Assembly: GCA_963695345.1 (NCBI GenBank)
Contig: OY968769.1
Span: forward strand, 704,001-768,000
Direction of reading: 5' to 3'
DNA: 64,000 nt
From: an uncultured Methanomassiliicoccales archaeon
GTDB lineage: Archaea; Thermoplasmatota; Thermoplasmata; Methanomassiliicoccales; UBA472
The notes under the pieces: model-generated
What the model saw: only the letters and a program-made list of their open reading frames with translations
Told to the model about the DNA's origin: nothing
Database searches by the model: none
Part shown: one piece after another, positions 32,701-47,700 of the stretch
Numbering within the stretch: the stretch's first letter is position 1
Layout of the letters: every line of letters begins with the position of its first letter
Made by a program: the position numbers and the translations under genes

Positions 32701-35700
32701 GTCGCCCTCGCTCAGTCCGGCGAAGACCTGGGTGAGGCCCAGTCCGGTTGATGACCATTCAGCGCCATCCAGGGCATACTGGTAGCCGAGGATGCCGGAG
32801 GTGGCATCGCTTCCGTTCCAGAATACCGTCACGGACGTGCTTCCGGTGTAAGAACCGGTCACTGGGGCGCTGATCGCCAAGGCCGGGACGACCGTATCCA
32901 CGATGAAGTGGACGGTGGCGGTCGCCTCGTTGTCGGCGTTGTCGATCGCCTTGACGTAGACCGTATGCGTACCGTCGAGCAGTCCAGCGAAGTCGTGGGT
33001 GAGGCCTAGTGACGTACCGGACCACGACCCAGTGTCAATCTTGTACTGGTAGCCCTTGATCAGCGACGTGGCATCCTCGCCTGTCCAGAACACCGAGACG
33101 GTGGTGGAGTTGGTGTTGAGGCCTTCCATCGGTCCGGTGATCCCTACGGTCGGAGCGACGGTGTCGACGTTGAAGGTGACGGACGTCTCTTCCTGGTTGC
33201 CTGCCCTGTCGATGGCACGGACCTGGACGGTGTGATCTCCCTCGCTCAATCCAGTGAAGGTGTTGGTGACCGAGGACGAGACCGAGCTCCAGGCCAGTCC
33301 GTCGATGCAGTACTGATATCCCTGGATCCCGGAGCCGGAATCGGTACCGGTCCAGTCGACCTTGACCGAGCTGGATGGTGAGTAGTACCCACCGGCTGGC
33401 GATGTTATCGTTATGCCCGGTTTGACGGTATCGACGCGGAACGTGACCGACGCAGTGGCGGTGTTGCCGACCAGGTCGAAGGCCTTGACATAGACCGTGT
33501 GCAGTCCGTCGGCCAGTCCGGACAGATCGGTGGTGACCGCGCTATCCATTTCGGACCAGGCGACCGCATCGACGTGGTATTCATACCCGGCGATGGCGGT
33601 GATGACGTCGTTTCCGTTCCAGTTTACGGTCACCGTCGATGAGCTGGAATTGTATCCGCTGGCCGGAGCGGTGATGGTTACGGTCGGCGCGGAGGTGTCC
33701 AGCTTGACGTGGACGGAGGTAACGGCAAAGTTCCCGGAGCGGTCCGTGACCTTGACCTCGACGAAGTGTCCACCGTCAATTAGCCCGGTGAAGGTGCGGG
33801 TCAGGGTCATCGCGGAAACGGACCAGGACCCGTTGTCGATGCGGGACTGGTAGCCCTGGACGCCGGATGTGGCGTCCGTTCCGTTCCAATTGACGATGAC
33901 GGATGTGACCAGTGCGCCCTCCGTTGGGGAGGAGATGGTGACGGTCGGGACGGTGACATCGACGGTGAACGTTACCGACGATGTCCTCAGGTTGTTGATC
34001 TGATCGTATGCCCGGATGTCCACTGTGTGCGAGCCGTCGGCCACTCCGTTGAACACCGTGGTGGCGGTCATGGACTTTTCTGACCATGCGCCTCCGTCAA
34101 TGCGGCACTGGTATCCTGAGACACTAGTAGTGGCATCTATCGCGGACCAGGTGGCGGTGACCGACGACGAATCTAGATATGCCGATGCGGACGGGGCGGT
34201 GATGGTGATGACCGGCGCTACGGTGTCGACGGTGAAGTTGACCCGCTTGATTGTGGTCCTTCCGGCCAGGTCGACGGCCTTGACGTCGACGTAGTGGCTG
34301 CCGTCAGAGAGCCCGCTGAACAGGTGGAAGATCGGAGCCGTCGTTCCGGAGAAGCTGGCACCGTCGAGCGAGTACTGGTAGCCCTGGATTCCGGCAGTGG
34401 CGTCTGATCCGTTCCAGAACACCGTCACCGATGTCGAGTTCGTGAGGTAGAGGTTGGCCGGATTATCGATGACCAGCGTCGGGTTGACCGTGTCGATGGT
34501 GAACGACACCGACCTGGTCTGGTAGTTGTTGGCGTTGTCCCAGGTGCGTATCTCGACGGTATGCACTCCGTCCGTGAGGCCGCCGAAGGCATGGCTCACG
34601 GTGGCGAGGACGATGGACGACCATCCGCCCTCATCGATCCTGTACTGGCTTCCCTGCACATTGGAACCGGCGTCGCTGCGCGTCCAGGTCACGGTCTGCG
34701 AGGTGCTGGTCTGGTAGGCGTTGTTGGCCGGGGCGGTGATCGACAGCGTAGGCGCGGTCAGGTCGACCCGGACCGAGACCGATGCGGAAACGTGGTTGCT
34801 GGCGTTGTCCCAGACCTCGACGTAGAGGATGTGGGTCGTCTCGGTGAGCACGAAGGTGTAGCTCAGGTCGGTGACGATGCCTGACCAGGCGAGGGCGTCG
34901 GCATGGTAACGGTAGCCCTGCACGCCAGTACCGACGTCGGCGCCGGTCCAGCTGGCCAATACTGATGTTATGTTGAAGTTCTCACCGGCGGTCGGCGCGG
35001 TGATCGAGATCGTCGGTGAGGTCACATCGACGATGAAGGTGACCGATGCCTCGGATGGATTGCCCACGTTATCGAGGGACCGGACGTCCACTGTGTGGCT
35101 GGTGGTGCCCAGGCCGGTGAAGGCATGGCTCACGGTGCCGGAGACGGCCGTCCATCCCAGTCCATCGATCTGGTACTGGTATCCCTGCACTCCGGAGCTG
35201 GCATCGGTGGCGGACCAGGTCACGGTGACGGTCGAGCTGTTGAATATCGCCCCGCCCGACGGCGAGCTGATGGTAAGGACCGGCGCGGTCAGGTCGACAT
35301 GGATGGTGACGCTGACCGTGTAGGCGTTCTGCGCGTTGTCGGTGACCTTGACCCGGACGGTGTGGTCTCCCTCGCTCAACCCGACAAATCCCTGGCTGGT
35401 GCTCATCGAGGACGAGGACCATTCAGCACCGTCCAGCGAATACTGGTATCCCTGCACGCCGGAGAGGGCGTCACTGCCGCTCCACACCACTGTGGTGGAG
35501 GTTAGTGCGGTGTACGAACCGGTCACCGGGGAGCTGATCGCCACGGATGGCAGGACGTTATCCATTGTGAACTGGACCGACGTCTCCGCCATGTTATTGG
35601 CATGGTCATAGATCTGGACATAGACGGTATGGACCAGGTTCGAGAGCCCGGCGAAGTTGTTGGTCGCCGTCATCGAGATGCTCGACCAGGACCCGGTATC

Positions 35701-38700
35701 GAGCTTATACCGATATCCCAGGATGCCGGATGTGGCGTCGGACCCGCTCCATTCGACACCAACTGTGGTTACGTTGGTTATGTAGTTGCTCGCCGGCGAA
35801 TCGATCTGCACCGATGGTGCGACCGTGTCCACGTTGAACGTGACCGAAGTTTCTGACGGCAGGCTGGCGTTGTCCATGGCACGTATGTGCACCGTGTGGT
35901 CGCCCTCGCCCAGTCCAGAGAACGCGTGGGTCTTGGTCCAGGCCAGGACGGACCAGTCCTCGGCGTCGATGCGGTACTGGAATCCGGAGACGCCGGAACC
36001 GCCGTCGGTGGCGGTCCATACGACCGTGACCGTCGCCGAACTGGAATAGTAGCCGGCGGACGGGGACGATATCGAAACGGCCGGCGCGGTGGTGTCGACC
36101 CGGAACGTAACGGACGTGGTGGCCGAGTTACCGGCGTTGTCGACCGCCTTTACGTATACGGTGTGCAGGCCATCGGACAGACCGGAGAAATCATTGGTGA
36201 CCGCTCCGGACAGCGTGTTCCATCCTTCGGCATCGATGCGGTACTGGTAGCCGTTGATGCCGGCCGGGGAATCGGTGGCCGTCCAATCCACCGTGACCGT
36301 GGTGGAGTTGGTGATATAGCCGCCGGCGGGGGAGGTAATGGCGACCGCCGGTGGCGTCATGTCCAGAGTGAAGTTTACGGAAACGGTGTAGGTGTTGCCG
36401 GACCTATCGACCGCCCTCACCTCGACGAAGTGTCCTCCGTCGGCGAGACCGACGAAGGTGCGGGTGAAGGTCACGGCGACGGCCGACCAGGATCCGTTAT
36501 CGACCCGGGATTGGTAGCCCTGGATGCCGGAGGTGGCGTCGTTCCCGGTCCAATCGACGGTGGCGATGCCGACCAGAGCGCGGTCCGCCGGCGAGGTGAT
36601 CGATACCGCCGGGTCGGTGATGTCCACGACGAACGTCACCGAGGCGGTCCGGATGTTATTGGCCACATCATAGGCCCTGATGTCCACGGTGTGGGACGCG
36701 TCCGACAGACCGGTGAAGGTGTTGGTAAGGACCATGGCCTTGTCCGACCATTCTCCGCTGTCTATCCTATACTGATATCCGGAGACGCCGGAGACGGCGT
36801 CGGTGGAGGACCAGGTGACCGCTACCGAGGTGGAGTCAAGATAGGCTCCGGCCGACGGAGCCGAGATGGTCAGCACCGGAGCGACGTTGTCGACCGTGAA
36901 GTTGACCCTCTTGGTGGTGGTCCTGGTGGCCTTGTCGACGGCCTTGACGTCGACGTAGTGGTTACCGTTGGAGAGCCCGCTGAACAGGTGGAAGATCGGA
37001 GCCGTCGTTCCGGAGAAGCTGGCACCGTCGAGCGAATACTGGTAGCCGTTGATGCCGGCGGTGGCGTCTGATCCGTTCCAATAGACGGTCACGGACGTGG
37101 AGTTGGTAAGGTAGAGGTTCGCCGGGTTGTCGATGACCAACGTCGGGTTGACCGTATCGACGGTGAAAGAGACGGACTTGGTGGTCACCAGGTTGGCGTT
37201 GTCGAAGCAGCGTACCTCGACCACATGGACGCCGTCGGTAAGGCCGGTGAATGTGTTGCTGGTGGTTGCCAGAACGATCCCCGACCAGGCGCCGCCGTCG
37301 ATATGGTAGGAGCTTCCCTGTAGGCCGGAGCCGGCGTCACTGCGCGTCCAGGTCACGGTCTGCGAGGTGCTGGTCTGGTAGGCGTTGTTCGACGGTACGG
37401 TGATCGTCAATGTCGGGGCGGTGGTGTCGACCCGGAACTGTACGGTCGCCACGTAGATGTTGCTGGCGTTGTCGGTGGCCTTGATGTGCACATGTGCACG
37501 GCCTGCGACAGGCTGGTGAAGGTATGGGTCAGAGCTTCCGGCGATGGTGGAGTAACCTCCGCTGTCGATCTCCCACTGGTACCCGGCGATCCCGGCCAGG
37601 TTGTCGGTCCCGTTCCAGTTGACGATGACGGTGGTGACGTTGAAGATGGCGTTGTTCGCCGGGTAGGAGATCACGACGGACGGAGCCGTGGCGTCCAGAG
37701 TGAAGTTGCGGAACGTGTCGGCATAGTTGCCGGCCCGGTCGAACGCTTTCACCTGGACCATGTGGTTGCCGTCCGCCAGGCCGGTGAAGGTGCGGCTCGC
37801 GGTGGCGGAGAGAGAGGACCATGATCCCCCGTCGATCCGCGACTGGTAGTTCAGTATCCCGGAGGTGGCGTCATTGCCGGACCAGACGACTGCCTGGGAG
37901 TTGACAAGCTGGCCCTCGGTGGGCGAGGTGACGCTGACGGTAGGTGCGACGGTGTCGACGACGAACGTCACCGTGAGGGTGGCGATGTTGTTGACGTTAT
38001 CGTGCGCCCTGACCGATACCGTGTGCGAGCCCTCCCCCAGTCCGGTGAACGCGTGGCTGATGTCCATGGAGAGCGTCGAATAGGCCTCGGAGTCGACCTT
38101 GTAGGTGTATCCCTGGAGCCCGGTGACGGCGTCGCTTCCGGTCCAGACCACTTCCACCGTGTTCACGTTGAAGTACGATCCGCCGGCCGGAGAGGTGATC
38201 AGAAGGCTCGGCGCCACCAGGTCCACGGTGAAGCTGACCGTGGCCGAACCGGTGTTGCCGGCGTTGTCCTGCACCTCAACGTACACGGTGTGCACGCCGG
38301 TGGTCAGCGAGGTGAACGTGCGGGTCAGCGAACCGGAATAGGCAGACCAGGCCACCGAGTCTATGTGGGAGCGGTAATGCCATACGCCGGAGTTCTCGTC
38401 GGAGCCGGCCCAGTCGACCTGGACCGAGGATGAGGCGGTGATCAGCCCGTTCGCTGGGGACGAGATCGACACCGTCGGCTGGATCGTGTCGACGTTGAAG
38501 GTGACGCTCACCGAGTTCTTGTTGCCGGCGTTGTCCTCGGCCTCGATGACCACGGTATGCACTCCCTGGTCCAGCCCGGAGAAGGTGTGGGTGGCGGTCA
38601 TGCTCAGCGAGGAGAACTCATCGGAACCGATCTTGTAGCGGTAGCCGGCCAGCCCGGTGCCGAGGTCGATCCCGGTCCAGGTCACGGTGACCGACGTGGA

Positions 38701-41700
38701 CGAAGAGATGTAGTTATCGGCGGGAGAGCTGATGGAGACGCCCGGTGCCGCCGTGTCGACGATGATTCTGATGGTGTCCACGGCGTTGTTGCCGGCCAGA
38801 TCCCAGACCTGTATGTCGACAGTGTGGGTGTCATCGCCCAGGCCAGAGAACTCGTGGGATAGGTCGTTGGACAGCACCGACCAAGCGCTTCCGTCGAGAC
38901 TGTACTGGTAGCCAGTCACTCCGGACAGCGCGTCGCTGCCCTCCCAGATGACCGTGACCGTCGAGGAGGCAGAGATGGAATAGTCAGCCGGCGATGTTAT
39001 GTCGATCGTCGGCGCGGTGGCGTCGAGCGTGAAGTTGACGAACGCATAGGAGCACGAGCCGGTAATGTCGAACGCCCGGACCGTCACGGTGTGATTGCCA
39101 TCGGCCAGTCCGGAGAACGTATTGCTGGTGGTCAGGTCCATGGTCGACCAGGCGCCGCCATCGGCACGGTACTGGTAGCCAGCGACACCGGAGGTGGCGT
39201 CGGAGGCCGCCCAGGTGATGTACCGGTCGTTGACAAGCTCCCCCTCGGATGGTGAGGTGATCTCCAGAACCGGAGGCACCGTGTCGACCATGAAGGTTAT
39301 CGACCGGAGCGTGACCAGGTTGGCGTTGTCGAATATCTGGACCCGGACGGTGCGGTTGCCGTCCCCCAGGCCGGTGAACGTGTGGCTGGTGTCCGAGGAG
39401 ATCGAGGACCAGGCACCGCCGTCGATGCTGTAGCGGTATCCCTGGACATCGGATGTCAGGTCGGATCCGGACCAAGAGACGGTGACCGAGGTGAGGTTGG
39501 TCAGATGGTCGACGGACGGGGCGGTGATGGATAGGCTCGGAGCGACCGTGTCGACCACGAACGTGACCGAGTCGGTCTCGCTGTTGCCGGCGTTGTCGGT
39601 GACCTTGACGTAGACCGTGTGGGTCCCGTCCGTCAATGAACCGAACAGATGGCTGGTCGACATGGACGAGGAGGACCATGAACCGCCGTCCAGCTTGTAC
39701 TGGTAGCCGGCGATGCCGGAGGTGGCGTCCTCTCCGGTCCACCCGACGGTGACCGAGGAGACGTTGAATATGTCGTCGTTCGGAGGGCGAGTCGATCGCT
39801 ATCGTCGGGTTCACGGTATCGACCTTGAAGGTGACCGAGGCGGTCGCCATGTTGTTGGCGTTGTCCCAGATGCGCACGTTCACCGTGTGCGATCCATCCT
39901 CCAATGCATCGAACGCCTGGCTCAGCGAACTGGATATCGCGGACCAGGCACCGCTATCGATGCGGTACTGGTAGCCCTGAACGCCGGTACCGACGTCGGC
40001 GCCGGTCCATACGACGGTGACGGAGCTGAGCTTGGAGTTGTAGTTGTTCGCCGGGGAGGAGATCGTTATCGTCGGCAGGGTCAGGTCCACGGTGAAGCTG
40101 ACGCTTCCCTGGGCGGTGTTGCCGGCGTTGTCGATGACCTTGACGTCGACCTTGTGCAGGCCCTTGATCAGACCGCTGTAGGTGTGGCCCAGGGCGGTGA
40201 CCACCGATGACCATGAACTGCCATCGATGCGGTACTGGAAGCCGGCGATGCCGGAATTGGCGTCGGTCGCCGTCCAGTTGACCGTGACGGTGGAGGAGTT
40301 CGAGTTGAACACCGTTCGCCGGGGAGACGATGGTCAGCACCGGCGAAATCGTGTCCACGGTGAAGGCGACGGTGGCTGTTGCGAAGTTTGTGGAACGGTC
40401 GACCGCCATGACGTCGGCGGTGTGCGGTCCCTGGGCGAGCCCGGAGAACCCGTTGCTGACCCGCGAGACCAGTGACGACCATTCGCCGCCGTCGATGCGG
40501 TACTTGTAGCCCGCCAGGCCGGATGTCGCGTCGCTGCCGGTCCATATGACCGTGACCAGCGAGTTGCCGGAGATGAAGCCGTTCGGCGGCGAGGTGATGG
40601 AGACCGACGGATCGACCGTATCGACCACGAAGGTCACGCTGGCAATGTAGGAGTTGCCGGCGTTGTCGATCGCCTTGACGTAGGCGGTGTGCGATCCCTG
40701 GGCAAGACCCGTGAATACGTTGTCGGTAGATCCTGACTTCAACGACCAGGAGTCCCCGTCGATCCTGTACTGGTAGCCGTCCATTCCGGTGGTGGCGTCG
40801 GTCGCGGACCAGAAGACGTGCGGGTCAGCGGTGTTCAGGAACGCCCCGGTGGACGGCGAGGATATCGCCAGTACTGGTGCGGTGGTATCGACGGTGAAGC
40901 TGACCGCCGCGGTGGCGGTGTTGTCGGCCCGGTCATAGATCATGATGTCGACGGTATGCGAACCGTCGGAGAGGCCGGAGAACCCGTGGATCAGCATGAC
41001 CGTGAGCGAGGACCATTCGCCGCCGTCGATGCGGTACTTGTAGCCCTTGACGCCGGACGGGACGTCGCTGCCGGTCCAGGTAACCACGACGTTGCTGGCG
41101 GCGGAGATGGACCCGTTCGACGGCGAGGTGATGCTGACCTCCGGCGGGCTGTGGTCGCCGGTGTCGATGATGAACGTGACCGAGGACGTGGCAACGTTGC
41201 CGACGTTGTCGACGGCCCGGACGCTGACGGTATGCGATCCGTCATCTAGGGCGGAGAACAGGTGGCTCAGTACCACGTCTATTTCGGACCAGTCGCCGGA
41301 GTCGATCTTGAACTGGTACCCCTGGACGCCGGTCGTGGCGTCGGTGGCGTGCCACACCACGTTCATGAACGTGTCCGATGTGGCGGCGCCGCCGCTGGGA
41401 GAGGATATCGTAAGACTGGGAGCGACCGTGTCGACGGTGAAGTCGACGGAAGCGGTGCGGTTGTTGCCCGCCCGGTCGAACGCGCATACCTCGACGGTGT
41501 GCGTGCCGTCCAGCAGGTTGGTGAACGTGAAGGTCGTCGCCGACACCAGGCCGGACCAGGCGCTGCCGTCCAGGTTGTAGCGGTAGCCGAGGATGCCGGA
41601 GGTCGGGTCGACCCCGAGCCAGGTGACGGTCATCGACGTCGAACCGGTGTTGACGCCGTCGGCCGGGGAGCTGAACGATATGTCCGGCCGGACCGTGTCC

Positions 41701-44700
41701 ACGGTGAAGCTGACGTTGGCGGTCTCGAAGTTGTCGGCGTTGTCATACGCCCGGACGTATACCGTGTGGGATCCTTCGGACAGTTCCGCGAACAGATGGG
41801 TGACGTCGTCGGTCAGGGAGGACCATGCCTCCGAATCCACCTGGTACCGGTAGCCCTTGATGCCCGATGTCGGGTCGCTGCCGTTCCAGTTGACCTGCAT
41901 GGACGAGGAGTTGGTGTATACCGAGCCATCCGGCGAGGATATCGCGATGAGCGGCTTGACCGTGTCGACCGTGAAGTTCACGCAGGCCTTGTCGAAGTTA
42001 CCGGACATGTCGAAGACCCTGACCTCGACTATGTGCATTCCTTCGGAGAGCGGCCCGAACACGTGGAACAGGTCGTCGCTCATCTCGGTCCATTCCTGCC
42101 CGTCGATGCGGTAGATGTAACCGTCCACGCCGGACATCTCGTCGTCGCCGGTCCAGCTGACGTTCACCGACGAGGAGGGCGAGTAGTATTCGTTGACCGG
42201 TCCATTTATGGAGATGGTCGGATCGATGGTGTCGACCATGACCGTGACGGTCCTGATCCGGTCGTTGTCGGCGTTGTCCGTGGCCCGGATGTCCAGTACG
42301 TGCGTGCCTTCGGAGAGCGAAGTGAAGGTGAAGGTTATTTCATCGGTCAGATCGGACCACGCGCCCCCGTCCAGCCGGTGGCTGAAGCCCTTGAGCCCGG
42401 AATGAACGTCCCCGCCCAGCCAGATGACCCTTACCGATGATTGGTCGGAGTAGAACCCGTCCGCGGGCGAGGTGATCGACAGCGTCGGCAGGACGTTGTC
42501 GAGGTAGAACGTGACCGAGGCGGTGGCGGTGTTGCCGGCGTGGTCGGTGTCCCTGACCCAAACGGTGTGCTGGCCTACCGAGAGGCCGCTGAACACGTGG
42601 TCGCCGGAGACGCCGATGTCCGTCCAGCCCTGCCCGTCCACCATGAACTGGTAGCCCTGGATGCCGTAGCTCCCGTCCGCGCCCAGCGCGGAGACGCTCA
42701 CCGATGATGAGTTGACGTAGCTGCCGCTCGTCGGCGAAAGAATGCTTATCGTCGGCGCGGTGCAGTCGACGGTGAAGTTGACCGAGGCGGTCACGATGTG
42801 GCCGGCGTTGTCCCAGGCGCGCACGTCGACCCGGTGGTCCCCTTCCGGCAGGTAGTACGAGAAGGAGTAAGACAGCGTCGGTGAGGACCATCCGCCGTCA
42901 TCCAGCTCGTACTGGATCCGGTTGATGCCGGAGGTGACGTCGTGCAGGTCGCAGCTCACCGTGACCAGCACCGAGCTGGTCGACGAACCGTTGGCGGGCG
43001 ACGTGATGGACAGCGTCGGGGCGACGGTGTCGATCATGAACTGCACCGAGTCGGTGAGGACCGTGTCGTTCACGTCGACGGCGCGCACGTAGACGGTGTG
43101 CCATCCCTCGGACAGTCCGGAGAAGAACTGGTCCTCGGACAGTCCGCATGGGACCCATGCCCCGCTATCCAGCTGGGTCTCGTAATGGTCGATCTCGAAG
43201 GTCTTGAACAGACCCCAGGTGACGGTGACGTCGTTCGTCGTGAACGCAGTGTACCATCCAGGCGAGGTTATGGCGAAGGTCGGGCCGGTCCCGCCGATGT
43301 AGAAGCCGACGGCGTCGCTGCCCATGTTGCCGGCGTGATCGTATGCGCGTACGTAAACCGCGTGGTAGCCCTCGGACAGCCCGTTGAACGTGGCCGTCAG
43401 GTCTATCGAGAGCGGCGACCACTCGCCGCTGTCCATGCGACACTGGTAGCCGACGACGCCGGAGTTGAGGTCGCTCCCGGTCCAGCCGACGACGGCGGTC
43501 CGGTTGTCTACAGGCCCGGTGACCGATAGATAGTTGATGTCGACGATCGGCGGGTACGAGTCGGTGGTGAAGTTGACCGTCGCCGTGGCGAAGTTGCCTG
43601 CGCGGTCGTAGGCCCGGACCGTGAGCACGTGGCGCCCGTCCTGGATGGAGGTCAGAACCGTCCCGGTGGCAGAGGTCAGACCGGACCATCCGCTGCCATC
43701 CAGCCGGTACTGGTATCCGAGAAGGCCGCTGGTAAGGTCGCTGGCGGTCCAGTTGCAGTAGACGGAGGGGCTGGTGGTGTTGAACTCCGCGGCCGGGTCC
43801 AGGATGCTCAGGACCGGCGCGACGGTGTCGACGGTGATGGTAATGGATGCGCTGTCGTTGTTGCCGGCCCGGTCCAGGACCCTCACATCGATGGTGTGTT
43901 CGCCGTCGATCAGATCAGCGAAGGCGTGGCTTGTGCCGGTGGCGACGATAGACCATTCGCCGGAATCGATGCGGTACTGATATCCTTGCACCCCGGAGAC
44001 CGAATCGCTGCCCAGCCAGGAGACCGTGACCGACGGCGTCGCGAATATGGATCCGCTGCCCGGGGAGACGATCAGGACCGTCGGTTCGCCCGAGTCCACG
44101 GTGAACGTGGAGGTGATCCGGGCCCAGTTCATGGCGCCGTCGTACGCCTTCACGTCGAAGGTGTGCATGCCGTCCGGGAGACCGGCGAACGTCGCGTTCG
44201 GTGAATCGGAAAGCTCGGTCCAGGCCTGTCCGTCAATGCGGAACTGGTAGCCGGAAATGCCAGAAGTAGGGTCGGAAGAGGACACCCGGACAGTCACTGA
44301 TGAGGTGACGTAGGCCCCTTCCGACGGACTGATGATACCGAGGATGGGGATATAGGTATCTACGATGAAGGTGACCGAGGCGGTGGCTTCGTTGCCCGCC
44401 TTGTCGATGCACTTCGCCTCCGCGCTGTGCGGACCTTCTGCTAGTCCGGTAAAGTCGTGGCTGATCGCCTGGGTGGTGGCGGACCAGGCCCCGCCATCGA
44501 TGCGGTATTGGTATCCGCTCAGCCCGGCGGTGGCGTCGTAGGCGAACCAGATGAGCTTGACGGTGGCACTGTCGGAGTTGAATCCCATCGCCGGGGAGGT
44601 GATGGACATCTCCGGGGCGGTGGTGTCGACGACGAACGTCACGCTCTTGGTGATCGAGTTGTTGGCATTGTCGTAGGCGACGATCTCGACGGTGTGCGTT

Positions 44701-47700
44701 CCGTCCCAGGTGGAGGTGAACGTGAGCTCGGTGTCGACGGTCATATCGCTCCAGTCGCCGCCGTCGATGCTGTACAGATAGCCCTGGACGCCGGACGTGA
44801 GGTCGGTGGCGTTCCAAACGACGTGGACGAGGGCGTTGCCCAGGAACGCGTTCTGCGCCGGGGACAGTATCGTCAGTACCGGCGGGACGGTGTCGACGAC
44901 GGTGAAGTTCAGCGTGTCGATGGCCAGGTTGTTCGCGTGGTCGATGACCTTGACGACGAACGAGTGGTCGCCATCGCGCAGACCGAGGAAGGTGTGGCTG
45001 GTGGAACCGGTGATCGAGGACCAGGCGCCGCTGTCAAGCTTGTAGTAGTAACCGGCGATGCCTCCGGTGGCGTCGCTGCCCTCCCAGACGACGGTGAGGG
45101 CGGTCTCGTTCGTGATCAGGTCCGGCTCGGGCGAGGTGATCTGGACGGTCGGGACGGAGGTATCGACGTAGAACGTGACGGTCCGGGTCACGGTGTTGCC
45201 GATGTTATCGTAGGCCTTGACGCTGACCGTGTGCGAGCCGTCCGCCAGACCTTCGAAGACATGGCTGTAGACCAGCGATGTCGCCGGGTAGCTTTCCGAA
45301 TCGATCTTGAACTGGAAGCCGAGGAGACCGGATGTCGGATCGCTGCCGGCCCAGGTCACGTTGACCGTTGACGACGGTGAGTAATATCCACCCGACGGGG
45401 AGGTGATGGACAGTGACGGCGCCGTCGAATCGACGATGAAATTGACCGAGATGGTGGCGGTGTTGCCGGAGCGGTCGATGCCCAGGACGTCCACCTTGTG
45501 GCTGCCGTCCGACAGCCCCACGAAATTGTATGTCTTGGTCATGCCCAGTGCGGACCATCCGCCGTTGTCGATGCGGAAGCGGAATCCCTGCAGGCCGGAG
45601 GTGTTGTCGCCGCCGTCCCAGGTGACGGTCATGCTCTGGAGCAGGGTCATCGTACCCTCGGCAGGCGTGGATATCGACAGGTATGGTGCGGTGGTGTCGA
45701 CGGTGAAGCTGACCGAGGCCACAGCAATGTTGTTCGAGTTATCCAGCGAACGGACGTATACCATGTGCACGCCGTCGGCCATGTCGGTGAACAGGTTGGT
45801 GGTGGCGTTGTCGATCGGCGACCATTCGCCGTCATCGAGGCGGAACTGGAATCCCTGCAGGCCGGAGTTCAGGTCGCCGCCGGTCCAGTCCACCCTCATG
45901 GAGGTGACGCTGGAATAGATCGTTCCGGTCGGGTAGGTGATGGAAATGGATGCCGGGACGGTGTCCACGGTGAAGTTCCGGCTGACCAGCCGGACGTTGT
46001 CGGCACTGTCGAAGACCTGTACCTCGACTATGTGCATGCCTTCCGCTAACGACGTGTACTGACGGGAGGCGGTGAGGCTTGATGCCGACCAGGCCTGTCC
46101 GTCGACGCGGAACTGGTAGCCCTTGATCGGGGAGGAAGCGTCGGTAGCGGTCACGTTCACCGTGACCGTCGAGGCGTTGAGGAATGCGCCTTCTGACGGG
46201 ACGGTTATCGTTACCATCGGCGCGGTGGTATCGATGACGAACGAGACGGTCGCGTTCTCCACCAGGCCGGCCAGGTCGAACGCCTGGACGGTGAAGATGT
46301 GGGCCCCGTCCTCCAGGTCGCTGAGGGTGATGTCGTTGAAAATGGAGATCGATGACCATTCGCCGTCATCGAGGCGGCAGCGGAACCCGGTCAGGCCGGA
46401 CCCGTTGTCGCTGCCGGACCAGATGAACGTGACCTGGTCGGTGTCGGACAGGAAGTCCTGCGCCGGCGAGGATATCGTGACCACCGGGGCGTAGGGATCG
46501 ACGCGGAACGTGACGGTGGCGGTGACGTAGTTGAGCGCCTTGTCCAGGACCTTCACCTCGACGGTGTGTGTGCCCTGGGAGAGGGCCGGATAGTTGAACG
46601 AGGAAGAGACGTTGATACCGCTCCATTCGCCCCCGTCAAGACGATACTGGTAGCCGAGCACGCCGCAGCCGGCGTCACCACCGGTGGTTACGACGGTCAC
46701 GGACGAGGTGTTAACCCAGTCGTTCTCGGCCGGGAAGTCGATGGCCAGCGTCGGAAGCGTCAGGTCGATGGTGAATGTGACCGAGGAGTTCTGGGAATTG
46801 TTGGCGATGTCGAAGACCTTCACATATAGCGTGTGCGAGCCTTCGCCCAGTCCGGTCAGGTTGATCGAGGGGGAATTGTTCAGTTCCGACCAGTCCCCGC
46901 TGTCCAGTTTGTACTGGTACCCGGCCAGCCCGGTGCCGGCGTCGCTGCCGGTGCAGGAAACGGTCACGGAAGATGTGTTCAGGTAGCTGTCTTCGGCGGG
47001 CGTATCGATGGCCAGGCTCGGAGCTGTCGTGTCGACGATGTACCAGACGGACGCTGTGGCGTTGTTGCCAGCCCGGTCGAGGACCTTCACATCGACGGTG
47101 TGATTGCCGTCGAACGCGCCCATCATTATGGTGGTCTGGGTCCCGGCGCTGTCCCATTCTCCGCTATCGATCCGGAACAGGTAATGATCGATGCCGGAAC
47201 CGCTATCGCCAGCGGTCCAGATTATCTCCACCCAGTTATCGCGCGATATGGTCCCGTTGGACGGGGTAAGGATAGATATCGTCGGATAAACGGCATCATT
47301 GGTGTAGACCGATACCGATGCGCTATCGGGGCTGGCAGTATCGGCATGGGCCACCAGGTAGTAGGTGTAGTTGGAAAGGTAGTGAAGGCCATTGTCCGTG
47401 TACGAAACGTCGTCCGGGCCGAGCGGGATCGAGGCGTTGTCGCCGGTGTCCGAGATGCGGTAGAGGGTAAGTCCGGTAACCGGTGAGCCGATGGTGTAGT
47501 TGAGGCCGGTCCAGGTGAGATGGACCGAGCCCTGTCCGACCACGGCGCTGAGACCGTAGGGCGAGGCGACCAGGGCGACCAACGGATACCCGTCGATGGC
47601 AGCGCCCGGTCCCGCCAGGAGATAGTCGGAATCTATTATGCTGTCGTGATCGAGATCCACCGATGGCAGGTCGCTCCAGTAGTTGCCGATGGAAGCTGAG

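Noticed and set aside
24500-47300. CRISPR-like regular repeats
   Set aside because: The ~267-bp period is a degenerate protein-coding repeat; there are no identical short repeats with unique spacers and no cas genes
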